This document shows, piece by piece, positions 9,284-16,422 of a stretch of 64,000 nucleotides of DNA (its first letter is position 1; each line of letters opens with the position of its first letter). The translations under genes were made by a program, and so were the position numbers. The stretch is from Minisyncoccota bacterium (GTDB lineage: Bacteria; Patescibacteriota; Minisyncoccia; Phycocordibacterales; XYD1-FULL-46-19): contig JBAYIK010000001.1 in NCBI GenBank assembly GCA_041665625.1, forward strand, positions 196,341 through 260,340, read 5' to 3'. The notes beneath the pieces were generated by a model that had not been told where the DNA came from, ran no database searches, and saw only the letters and a program-made list of their open reading frames with translations.

Positions 9284-9682
9284 CTAGCGATTGAGATAAG
9301 TAATCGTTAGCTGTAAGACTGTGGCAAAAGAGACCCAAAGAAGATACGGGATCTGGATATAAGTAATCCAGCGAGCATAAGGGAAAATAGCGGCCATGGC
9401 CCAGATGAGGGTGACTAAGACAAGAAGTATATCCGCTGAGGCCAAAAGATTATTCTTCAGACCAAACTGGATGGGAGTAAAAGCAAAATTAAAAACAAGA
9501 TTGAGCAAGAAAGGTAGTGCAATCAAGAGGCCAATCTTCCCTTGCCAAGCCATATAAAAAACTTTGCCAAAAGAGGCTGCAATTAAACAATAGAGAAATG
9601 TCCACACTGGGCCAAAGAGCCAAGCTGGCGGTGACCAAGTGGGTCTAATAATTGTTGAGTACCAATTGTAAGAATTATTCAT
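9284..9682 (-). CDS. tspO: TspO/MBR family tryptophan-rich sensory protein
   Basis: 'RPTWSPPAWLFGPVWTFLY' signature and 5 TM helices. Confidence 0.8.
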   Translation of the reverse strand: MNNSYNWYSTIIRPTWSPPAWLFGPVWTFLYCLIAASFGKVFYMAWQGKIGLLIALPFLLNLVFNFAFTPIQFGLKNNLLASADILLVLVTLIWAMAAIFPYARWITYIQIPYLLWVSFATVLQLTITYLNR

Positions 9683-9683
9683 A

Positions 9684-10052
9684 TTATCTTATTATACTCA
9701 AAATTTTATTCAGCCACAATTGTCGTGGGAGACGACGGAGTTCTTCTCTTATTTCCAAATGATTGGGAAAAGTTTGAGCCACCAAATTCCAAAAATTTGC
9801 CGAGTGATTGAACTCTCGCAAATGGCATAGCTCATGCACAATGATGTAGTCGGCGAGGTGTTCGGGGATTAAAGCAATTTTGTAATTAAAATTTAGATTA
9901 CCACGCGTTGAGCAACTCCCCCACCGCGTCTTCTGATTCCGAATACTAATACGCCTCACCGACACTTGATATATTGGGCTAAAATGTTCAATACGCCGCT
10001 TGGCCAAGGCTCGCGCTGCTTCACGATGTTTTAGATAGTGACTTTTCCGCAT
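9684..10052 (-). CDS. YgjP-like (DUF45) metal-dependent hydrolase
   Basis: 'HELCHLREFNHSANFW' matches the HExxH-containing DUF45/WLM-like motif. Confidence 0.7.
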   Translation of the reverse strand: MRKSHYLKHREAARALAKRRIEHFSPIYQVSVRRISIRNQKTRWGSCSTRGNLNFNYKIALIPEHLADYIIVHELCHLREFNHSANFWNLVAQTFPNHLEIREELRRLPRQLWLNKILSIIR

Positions 10053-10085
10053 TTTTTATAATCTATTATAACATAGGTCACGGGC

Positions 10086-10114
10086 TTGCAATCTTTTGTA
10101 GGCTGTGTTACACT
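10086..10114 (+). promoter_or_regulatory. sigma70-like promoter TTGCAA-17-TACACT
   Basis: Near-consensus hexamers with 17-bp spacing. The TSS is predicted near 10121 and drives the C-rich transcript. Confidence 0.55.
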
Positions 10115-10120
10115 ATGAGC

Positions 10121-10356
10121 AGGTCAAAAGCCTGGTCTTTATATCACTTATACCCGGAGTCGTGCAGTTCCCCCTCTACCCCCCCTCCATACTGCGCGAC
10201 TCCGGTCTTTCCTTTCACATTTCGATCCCCCTTCGGGACCGAACAGATACCTCCCCCTCCCCTAGACGCCGGCTGGGACTCGCTACCCTCCCCCTCCTTG
10301 GTCTTAGCCGGCCACAAATCCTCCGGATGGTGCACCCTGCGCCATCCGGTTTTTCT
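10121..10356 (+). ncRNA. unclassified structured C-rich small RNA candidate, about 236 nt
   Basis: Bounded by the promoter and a strong intrinsic terminator (CCGGATGGTGC..GCGCCATCCGG plus UUUUUCUUUU). The 14-bp hairpin 10154-10207 has a 24-nt C-rich loop. A second hairpin spans GCCGGCU..AGCCGGC. A CUUCGG tetraloop and three 'CCUCCCCCUCC'-type motifs are present. The six-frame ORFs here give only proline-rich translations. Confidence 0.5.
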
Positions 10357-10380
10357 TTTGTTTAATAAGTCCTTTCTTAT

Positions 10381-10665
10381 TTATTTGGCTTCGTCGTCAG
10401 AATTTTTCAAATCAGCCATCTGGATCGGACTCTGGATCTTGGGCGGAGTCATATCAATTGTTCCGAATTGCTTTTCATAATTAGCAATTTGATCGTTCAT
10501 CCATAAAGCAATGCTCTTCATAATTTGCGGAGTCGTGGCAAAAGAATCAAGGCTATTCCCTGAAGTTAGTGCAAAAGAAAACAAGTCTTTACCAAAGGCC
10601 CCCAGGGCCCCATCACAGAATTTCTTTGGTAGTTGATTAAAGTCTACTTGTTTGGGATCAATCAT
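10381..10665 (-). CDS. hypothetical small protein (possibly DUF3467-like)
   Basis: 94 aa; weak resemblance '...IANYEKQFGTI'. Confidence 0.45.
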   Translation of the reverse strand: MIDPKQVDFNQLPKKFCDGALGAFGKDLFSFALTSGNSLDSFATTPQIMKSIALWMNDQIANYEKQFGTIDMTPPKIQSPIQMADLKNSDDEAK

Positions 10666-10694
10666 AATTTTAAATAAATTAATTAATAAAAGGA

Positions 10695-11123
10695 TTATTT
10701 AACGACACAGTCAGTGTAAGTATTTTGATCTTGCTCTGTGATAAAAGCGGTGTCTCCCTTATTCCAAAAGACAAAGCTCTCATCCGCGCTCGCATAACGA
10801 GCGCCACTCGCCGAGATAGCTTGGGACAAAGTCATCTCTCGCCCATCACTCAACTTAAGATCAACAGCCGAGACTCCCCTTTGATAATTATGGAAAGTTG
10901 CTCCAATGCTCTTATTCCCCTCACAGACAAAGGTCGCGTTAATAACTTGCCCAGTTAAACCTTCGGATTGGACAATAGAATTAACAACCTTGGGGACCCA
11001 CGACCCACGCGTAAAGATTAAGACTAACCCGATGATAATAAGGATAAGGAGAACAATTCTAACAAGTTGAATCTTCCAACCTGAACGATAACCCCTACCC
11101 CACACATTCTTCTTTAGAATCAT
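10695..11123 (-). CDS. MliC-family (membrane-bound lysozyme inhibitor of C-type lysozyme) protein
   Basis: N-terminal TM/signal peptide. 'ATFVCEGNKSIGATF...SASGARYASADESFVFWNKGDTAFI' matches the MliC fold signature. Confidence 0.65.
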   Translation of the reverse strand: MILKKNVWGRGYRSGWKIQLVRIVLLILIIIGLVLIFTRGSWVPKVVNSIVQSEGLTGQVINATFVCEGNKSIGATFHNYQRGVSAVDLKLSDGREMTLSQAISASGARYASADESFVFWNKGDTAFITEQDQNTYTDCVVK

Positions 11124-11187
11124 GCCTATATTATATCATATAAATAACGACGCCGATTCAAGAAAAAGGTGACAAGAACCCCTAAAT

Positions 11188-11652
11188 ATGGCAGTAATTG
11201 AGCTGGAGAAGTTAACCCAACGTGCCCCAACTAAAGAGGAGAACCGAATGTTCACCGACAACACCCTTGACGAGGTAGGAGAGATCAGAAAAGTCTTTCT
11301 TGCCGTTGCCGAGGAAAAACTTCCCGACAGCCCCCCAGACGGTTTTACCGTCCTGGGTAACATCGAGGACGCGAGGCTCCGAAGACTCTGGCTTCTCATG
11401 AAGTCCAAGGCCCAGCAAATGGAGAACTGGGTCAAACCCGACAGCGGGCAAAGAGGCTTCTCCGTCACGAGTGGAGAAATCTCCAAGCTCGATAAGGAGC
11501 TGGTCTTTATCCGCCAGTTGTTCTGGCTCGAGCTACAGATGCTCTTCCCGCAGCTCGACAGAATCATCCTGTGTCCATCCGCAATGATCAAAGGCTGGCA
11601 AGTCGCGATCAAATACCCCGAACGCGACCCAGTCGATGAACTGGCGACCTAA
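11188..11652 (+). CDS. hypothetical protein, member 2 of the GC-rich paralog family
   Basis: Motifs 'GFTVLGNIED...QQMENWVKPD...FIRQLFWLELQMLFPQ' parallel 8150..8518. GC-rich. Confidence 0.6.
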   Translation: MAVIELEKLTQRAPTKEENRMFTDNTLDEVGEIRKVFLAVAEEKLPDSPPDGFTVLGNIEDARLRRLWLLMKSKAQQMENWVKPDSGQRGFSVTSGEISKLDKELVFIRQLFWLELQMLFPQLDRIILCPSAMIKGWQVAIKYPERDPVDELAT

Positions 11653-11668
11653 CCCCGGCCCACTGGCC

Positions 11669-11709
11669 ATATAGCCGTTGCCCCACCCTGGGGCCACGGC
11701 TATGTTTTT
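11669..11709 (+). terminator. intrinsic terminator (first of a tandem pair)
   Basis: ATAGCCGT-TG-CCCCACCCTGGGG-CC-ACGGCTAT then GTTTTTAT. Confidence 0.65.
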
Positions 11710-11720
11710 ATAAAAGCAGA

Positions 11721-11748
11721 AAACCGCAGGCGGGGCCTGCGGTCTTTT
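11721..11748. terminator. intrinsic terminator (second of the pair, bidirectional shape)
   Basis: ACCGCAGGC-GGG-GCCTGCGGT, flanked by AAAA on one side and CTTTT on the other. Confidence 0.6.
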
Positions 11749-11990
11749 AAGACAAGCGCGGGGGGTTGAAGGACTCAACCTCGTTCATCTCAAGAGCGAG
11801 ATAGGCGAAGCGAGCCTTGAGTGCCCAGAGAGCCTCTTCAGATAAAGTCTGAGCCGGGAAAATGGAAAGAAAGTTCCGCTTCGCGATCAAACCGTTCTGC
11901 GCCCCAGTCAGACGACGACTCGTGGGGAAGATCCCCGTATCGTCATACCAGACGATCTCATGCGGTGTAGCCTGAATCGTCTGTGGTCCT
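11747..11990 (-). pseudogene. about 80-codon open frame with no canonical start, possible gene remnant
   Basis: The minus-strand frame '...TPHEIVWYDDTGIFPTSRRLTGAQNGLIAKRNFLSIFPAQTLSEEALWALKARFAYLALEMNEVESFNPPRLS*' follows an AAGGAGG SD but has no in-frame ATG/GTG/TTG (only ATT). It lies in a GC-rich segment. Confidence 0.25.
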
Positions 11991-12057
11991 CCTTCTCTTG
12001 TTTGTGAGCAAGCCTAAGTTAATTAGACTCTCTTAAATCTTGATGTCAATTATTTAT

Positions 12058-12456
12058 CTAGAAGACAATCTTGCTCGCGATAAAATAAGTTATGACGGAG
12101 ACAGAGGCAGCCAAGACCGCACCCCAGGCCAAATCAACAATTGTTACCAAGAGGGGCCAATCTTTAGTGAGCGCCAAATTAGTAAGATCATAAGTGGCAT
12201 AAGTGATAAGTCCGAAGAGTGCTCCCAAAAGTAATGCCGAGAGCCACGACCCCTTTTCCACCGCCGGGGTGATGACAAAAATAACTAAGCCAACAATGAA
12301 TAAGAGATAAAAGATAATTGCCGCCGCCCAATTGACGTTACTCTTCATTAAGAAGCCAATCTGAGCCCGATAGAAATCCTTGGCGACAAGCCCAACCCAG
12401 AGCATGTCGAGAGCAAAGAAAACTGGTAGAGCAATAGCATAAAGTTTTATAAACAT
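12058..12456 (-). CDS. DUF2177-like membrane protein
   Basis: 132 aa with 4 TM helices. Leaderless-type TATAAT lies 7 nt before the ATG. Confidence 0.55.
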   Translation of the reverse strand: MFIKLYAIALPVFFALDMLWVGLVAKDFYRAQIGFLMKSNVNWAAAIIFYLLFIVGLVIFVITPAVEKGSWLSALLLGALFGLITYATYDLTNLALTKDWPLLVTIVDLAWGAVLAASVSVITYFIASKIVF

Positions 12457-12502
12457 ATTTATATTATACTCCCCCGTTTAGCCAGCGCCAATGAGATATC
12501 AA

Positions 12503-12533
12503 CATCCCAACAAACTCCAGTTTGTAAGGGTGT
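12503..12533. repeat. copy 1 of a 34-bp conserved element (CATCCCAACAAACTCCAGTTTGTAAGGRTGT)
   Basis: Contains the inverted repeat ACAAACT-CC-AGTTTGT. It lies about 45-75 bp upstream of the -10 of gene 12058..12456. Confidence 0.7.
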
Positions 12534-12554
12534 CATATAAAAAAATAAAAAAGC

Positions 12555-12860
12555 TTAAGATAACGAGCGGAAAGTCTTTAAAAAATCAACAAAAATTTTG
12601 CCATAAGGAGAGAGCTCATGCAAAACAAATTTGCCTTGATACTTCTTGTTAACCAAGCCGGCGACATTGAGTCGTCTCGTATGCTCCCCGATCGTCTTCT
12701 CGTTGGCCTTAATCAATTCAATAATCTCCTCGAGTGTAATCCGCGGGTGGGCAGCAATAGCCAGAAGAATCTCGATGCGATAGTGATTGGCCAAACCCTT
12801 CAGATGTCGCTCCATCTGTTTGGAAGTTTTGAACTTATTCATGTCAATATTATACACCAA
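12555..12860 (-). CDS. ArsR/SmtB-family HTH transcriptional regulator
   Basis: 'HLKGLANHYRIEILLAIAAHPRITLEEI...GEHTRRLNVAGLV' is a winged-HTH ArsR signature. The track start is TTG. An ATG at 12843 lies 6 nt after a TATAAT box, giving a leaderless transcript. Confidence 0.7.
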   Translation of the reverse strand: MVYNIDMNKFKTSKQMERHLKGLANHYRIEILLAIAAHPRITLEEIIELIKANEKTIGEHTRRLNVAGLVNKKYQGKFVLHELSPYGKIFVDFLKTFRSLS

Positions 12861-12872
12861 AGCTGTTTCTTC

Positions 12873-12906
12873 TCATACCAACAAACTCCAGTTTGTAAGG
12901 ATGTTT
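12873..12906. repeat. copy 2 of the 34-bp element, overlapping the -35 region of the ArsR-like gene promoter
   Basis: TCATACCAACAAACTCCAGTTTGTAAGGATGTTT. Its position is what an autoregulatory operator would occupy. Confidence 0.7.
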
Positions 12907-12915
12907 AAAATTTGG

Positions 12916-13419
12916 TTATTTATAGATGGCGATGAGTTGGCGGAGGATGAGTGATTGAGGGGTGATCTCGTGGCCAGAGAAATCAAACCAAACTCGCAAG
13001 AAATCTTCTCGTTTAATTTTTCTTTCTCCGCCAAGCTCCGGATCTTGAAGATAGATATAATCGTCATCCAGACCCGACACCACTGAGTAATGACCGTCGG
13101 GCACCTCCGAATCATCATAATCTTGTCGCCCCCGAGTGAACCAATTCACAATGACCGGTGTCCCCTTCTCGAGCCACTCCTCAATCTCCGCAAAACTGCT
13201 CTCAGTCTTAATCTCCGCCCTGAAGCCAAGAGACTCTGCCGCCCGGACGATATCTTTGTCGCTAACGCCAAGATCAGAGACCAGACCCGTCAGCTCGGCC
13301 AATTCTTTCTCCGTCTTCTCAACTCCATAATAATCCAAGACAATCTTAAGCGAAGCCGGCCCGCACATCCCCGCATGCAAGGTTTCTTGAAAAGGTTTAA
13401 TGGCTAGATGTTTGTTCAT
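12916..13419 (-). CDS. C39-like (Peptidase_C39_2) cysteine-peptidase domain protein
   Basis: 'HAGMCGPASLKIVLDYYG' (Cys), '...DGHYSVVSGLDD' (His), 167 aa. GGGG SD supplied by the upstream repeat element. Confidence 0.6.
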   Translation of the reverse strand: MNKHLAIKPFQETLHAGMCGPASLKIVLDYYGVEKTEKELAELTGLVSDLGVSDKDIVRAAESLGFRAEIKTESSFAEIEEWLEKGTPVIVNWFTRGRQDYDDSEVPDGHYSVVSGLDDDYIYLQDPELGGERKIKREDFLRVWFDFSGHEITPQSLILRQLIAIYK

Positions 13420-13472
13420 TTTTTTCCCCGAAGTCGTATCTCGCGTAGCCAGATCCGACTTCTTAGCTTAAC
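13420..13472. repeat. short copy of the intergenic element 'CCCCGAAGTCGTA..(loop)..ATCCGACTTCTTAGCTTAA'
   Basis: 7-bp inverted repeat GAAGTCG/CGACTTC. The minus-strand orientation gives 'GGGGAAAAAAATG' providing SD and start for 12916..13419. Related copies at 15121 and 16423. Confidence 0.6.
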
Positions 13473-13864
13473 ATTTTATAATATTCGGGATAACTTTTCT
13501 TAATAAAATTCTTCCAACAAGCTGTCTCATTACCATGACCTAAATCTTTTTTCCCATAGACAAGAAGGACTCTTACAACCCCCTTGTCTTTATGAAGAGC
13601 GACAATGCACCGATTGCCAGAACCGTGTCTTGACTCTTGAGTTCCGGAAATTTTAAATTCTGTCTTACAAATAACGATATCTGCATCTTTATCTGTTATC
13701 GGCTCAGCAATACTCTTCAAAAATAGGGCGTCAATCTTCTCAAATTCCTCAGCGATAGTCCCAAGTGTAAAGTCCCAAGCTCCCTTATACTTCTTAGCAA
13801 AAGATTTTATAAAGTGCCTCTCCGCAAAAGGCTCGAAGATAACTCTATACTTAGTAAACCTCAT
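13463..13864 (-). CDS. putative toxin partner of the Panacea-domain antitoxin (small protein, unknown family)
   Basis: About 134 aa from 'MRFTKYRVIFEPF...', overlapping the 3' end of the upstream HTH-Panacea gene by about 14 nt. The track ORF runs to 13912. Confidence 0.45.
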   Translation of the reverse strand: MRFTKYRVIFEPFAERHFIKSFAKKYKGAWDFTLGTIAEEFEKIDALFLKSIAEPITDKDADIVICKTEFKISGTQESRHGSGNRCIVALHKDKGVVRVLLVYGKKDLGHGNETACWKNFIKKSYPEYYKMLS

Positions 13865-14534
13865 GAGGATCTTCCTGTGTAATAAGAGCGTAAGAGACAA
13901 TTTCTTCATCATCAGCCATTAAATATGGCAGTTGGTTATGAGTAAAATTAACAATTTCGGCTGTTTTTTTATCTTTCCACTTTCTATGAATTTCTTTCAT
14001 TAAGTTTTCTTCCTCAGGCAAAATAGATTCTAACTTTTGTTTTTTATTACTATCTGACTCACTAATTATAATCATTTCTTTGCCATCAGCGTTCTTGCGG
14101 TCAACGATTATCTTTCCTTCTTCCTCAAGCTCATCAAGGGCTCGAAAATAAGAATCTGGAACTGGCCCATATTTAATTTTACGATACTGCATACCACTCA
14201 TGCTATTCAAATGACTATAAAACCAGGCAAAATCAGAGAGATAGACAAGTTTGGCCAATTTAGTCTTTTTAACACTTTTACCCAATCGGAGAAAAGACAG
14301 GATCATCTGCTTATATTTCTCGTAATTAGGAGACTCACCCTTCTCCATCTCTTCGAAAGGTATATTTAAAATGCCTGAGAGTTTTTCAAATTCACTCATA
14401 GACAGCTCTCTCTTCCCCTGTTCAATGGCAATATAAGAAGGACGAGAAAGACCCAATTTAGAGGCTAAGTCTAATTGGGAGAGACCTTTCTTAAGTCGAG
14501 AGGCTTTAATCAGCTTCGCGTACTTAGTAATCAT
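13851..14534 (-). CDS. HTH_XRE plus Panacea (DUF4065, SocA-like) domain protein, antitoxin-like
   Basis: 'LSQLDLASKLGLSRPSYIAIEQGKR' is Cro/C1 HTH. 'KLAKLVYLSDFAWFYSHLNSMSGMQYRKIKYGPVPD' is the Panacea signature. ATG at 14534 has a TATACT box 12 nt upstream (track ORF to 14696). Confidence 0.65.
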   Translation of the reverse strand: MITKYAKLIKASRLKKGLSQLDLASKLGLSRPSYIAIEQGKRELSMSEFEKLSGILNIPFEEMEKGESPNYEKYKQMILSFLRLGKSVKKTKLAKLVYLSDFAWFYSHLNSMSGMQYRKIKYGPVPDSYFRALDELEEEGKIIVDRKNADGKEMIIISESDSNKKQKLESILPEEENLMKEIHRKWKDKKTAEIVNFTHNQLPYLMADDEEIVSYALITQEDPHEVY

Positions 14535-14781
14535 ATACCAATAAGTATACATAAACGTGTAAATAATGCAAACATAGGTGTTGATAAGTTTGACATAAAA
14601 AATAAACGGAGTAAAATTTATAGAGGAGAGAGCCTTTTTGCGGAAATCCTCTCCCCTAAAACATAAATATCTTTTTTGCCCTTTGGGGTATTTCAACTAA
14701 ACTAATAAGTAAAAACTTTAACACTTTTATTTTACCAAATTTAGATTAATTAATAAACAAGGGTAACTAACCAAACATTCA

Positions 14782-14982
14782 ATGCCTTATTACACTCGTA
14801 ATACCGGCAAATCGTGGACACCAAAAGATGTGACGCAGTTAAAACAGCTCGTTCGTCAAAATACACCAACACGAGTCGCCGGATTCAAACTTGGCAGAAC
14901 TGAAGATGCGGTCAGAGCAGAGGCCAGTAAACTCTCCCTCAGCTTAAAGCCAACAAACCAGTCGCCGCACAATAGAAAGTAG
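14782..14982 (+). CDS. small putative DNA-binding (HTH-like) protein
   Basis: 66 aa. '...WTPKDVTQLKQLVRQNTPTRVAGFKLGRTEDAVRAEASKL' resembles sigma-70 region-4/terminase-small-subunit-like HTH. Its own terminator follows. Confidence 0.45.
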   Translation: MPYYTRNTGKSWTPKDVTQLKQLVRQNTPTRVAGFKLGRTEDAVRAEASKLSLSLKPTNQSPHNRK

Positions 14983-14996
14983 ACCTTAAATTTGAA

Positions 14997-15037
14997 AAGA
15001 AAGAACGAGACCGCAACTCGTTCTTTCTATTTTTTTA
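14997..15037 (+). terminator. intrinsic terminator
   Basis: AAGAACGAG-ACCGCAA-CTCGTTCTT then TCTATTTTTTTAT. Confidence 0.7.
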
Positions 15038-15068
15038 TCTATAATTTATGAGACTAACCTCAGTCTCC

Positions 15069-15102
15069 TCATCCCAACAAACTCCAGTTTGTAAAGATGT
15101 TT
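15069..15102. repeat. copy 3 of the 34-bp element
   Basis: TCATCCCAACAAACTCCAGTTTGTAAAGATGTTT. Confidence 0.7.
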
Positions 15103-15120
15103 AGGCGTTTTTCTTTCTTC

Positions 15121-15140
15121 TCCCCTTTTCCCCGAAGTGA
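15121..15140. repeat. partial copy of the 'CCCCTTTTCCCCGAAGT' element
   Basis: Matches the 5' part of the elements at 13420 and 16423. Confidence 0.45.
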
Positions 15141-15202
15141 GTTTTAGTTGTTATGACACATTTTACCCTTGAGACGAGGCCTGACCTCGTTTCTCTAATA
15201 AA

Positions 15203-16342
15203 TTAATCTGCTATATCAATATCAGGGATATCTCCATAATACTGGAGTGCCCGAAGTATTGCCGGAAAAAGGGTGGAATCAGATACCGGATGCATGACAA
15301 AAGGAGGGAGAGCTTGCAAGTTCTGTCCAGAAGAAGCCTTCTCGTCAGCCTGGTAATGAAAAGAGAAATTAGTGAAATACAACGCATTCCAAGCAGAAGG
15401 ATTTTCTTTTGTAACATTTTTGGAATGAGAGGCATTTTTAAAGATATTTTTCACCCACGGTATCTTTTTAAAATCCCCTGATTCTTCATGTGGTACATTT
15501 ATATCAACAAAGACAAGAAAAGGCATCTTGCCACACTCTGTTTTTTTAAAGGCCTGGTTAAGGAGACGTTGGATACCTCCGCCATTAATTTTGGACCCAT
15601 TAACATCTCCTGGGGTATGAAGGATTCCAGGCCTGTGCCTACTTTTAGCTTCGACGGCGATTTCTACTCCTGACTCTTGATGTGTGGCAATAAATTCACA
15701 ATGTGGCTCTGAATGGTCTTCTTCATCTAGCCATCTTATATTAAAACCTAATCGCGCAATGATTGCAGCAATCATAATTTCGTATCTTGCCCCTTGATAT
15801 TCTAACGGCGTTTTAAGACGACCAAGAAGAAAGTCAGGTATTCTAGAAACATGTCTTAGTGTTGAAATATCAAAAGCAAGAGAAATTAAAGATTTAGTCC
15901 ACCCGTTTGGAGGAGCCTCTAATACGCCAGGGGTTTTATAATTAGGTTTAGCCAAGAGTTCTTTTTTCCATTCATCAAATTTCAAAAAACATTTCACAAT
16001 AAAATGTTGATCTTCCCACAACAGAGACTGTTGCTCATTAATCCATTCGAAACTCAAAGTATCTTTAAGAATAAATTGAATAAAATCATGAAAGGTCTCA
16101 TCAGAATTTTCGCTAAGATATACTTGATTACCAATTGCCCAGACTTTTTTCCCTTTGTGAATTACCGGGTTAACATAATTAATATAAATCCCTTTTTGCT
16201 TAAGAAGATTTTCTTTTTCTCGTATTTTTTTAAAATGTAAGAGTACTTCCATGGGAACAGGTGAGTTATCTTCATCCATATGACATTTTTTATATTTCTT
16301 ACCACTTCCACAGTGGCAAAGCTGGTTTCTTCCTAATTTCAT
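15203..16342 (-). CDS. SEC-C metal-binding motif protein with possible PD-(D/E)xK nuclease-like core
   Basis: N-terminal 'CHCGSGKKYKKCH' (SEC-C). The central 'EPHCEFIATHQESGVEIAVEAKSRH' resembles an E..ExK restriction-endonuclease-like signature. No other recognised domain. Confidence 0.55.
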   Translation of the reverse strand: MKLGRNQLCHCGSGKKYKKCHMDEDNSPVPMEVLLHFKKIREKENLLKQKGIYINYVNPVIHKGKKVWAIGNQVYLSENSDETFHDFIQFILKDTLSFEWINEQQSLLWEDQHFIVKCFLKFDEWKKELLAKPNYKTPGVLEAPPNGWTKSLISLAFDISTLRHVSRIPDFLLGRLKTPLEYQGARYEIMIAAIIARLGFNIRWLDEEDHSEPHCEFIATHQESGVEIAVEAKSRHRPGILHTPGDVNGSKINGGGIQRLLNQAFKKTECGKMPFLVFVDINVPHEESGDFKKIPWVKNIFKNASHSKNVTKENPSAWNALYFTNFSFHYQADEKASSGQNLQALPPFVMHPVSDSTLFPAILRALQYYGDIPDIDIAD

Positions 16343-16422
16343 AATAATTTATTTTTTAATCATGTCCTCACAACACACCACGTTGTTCAACAGAATTGAA
16401 TCAATGGGAACGACCCCATTAA

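Noticed and set aside
10121-10356. Identity of the C-rich RNA as tmRNA, RNase P RNA, SRP RNA or 6S RNA
   Set aside because: There is no tRNA-like acceptor/T-arm end, no P4 'GGAAAGUCCGG...ACAGAACCCGGCUUA' pairing and no SRP domain IV motif. The length of about 236 nt and the shape do not fit.
10105-10480. Track ORFs 10105..10365(+), 10115..10480(+) and 10144..10335(-) as protein-coding
   Set aside because: Their translations are Pro/Gly/Ser-rich low-complexity products of a C-rich segment that is better explained as a promoter-to-terminator RNA.
11533-11778. Track ORF 11533..11778(-)
   Set aside because: It overlaps the 3' end and the tandem terminators of the plus-strand paralog gene. A different minus frame (11747..11990) looks more protein-like but lacks a start codon.
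12503-15102. The 34-bp repeats as a CRISPR array
   Set aside because: There are only three copies, spaced irregularly (370 bp and 2.2 kb), with whole genes between them and no cas genes.
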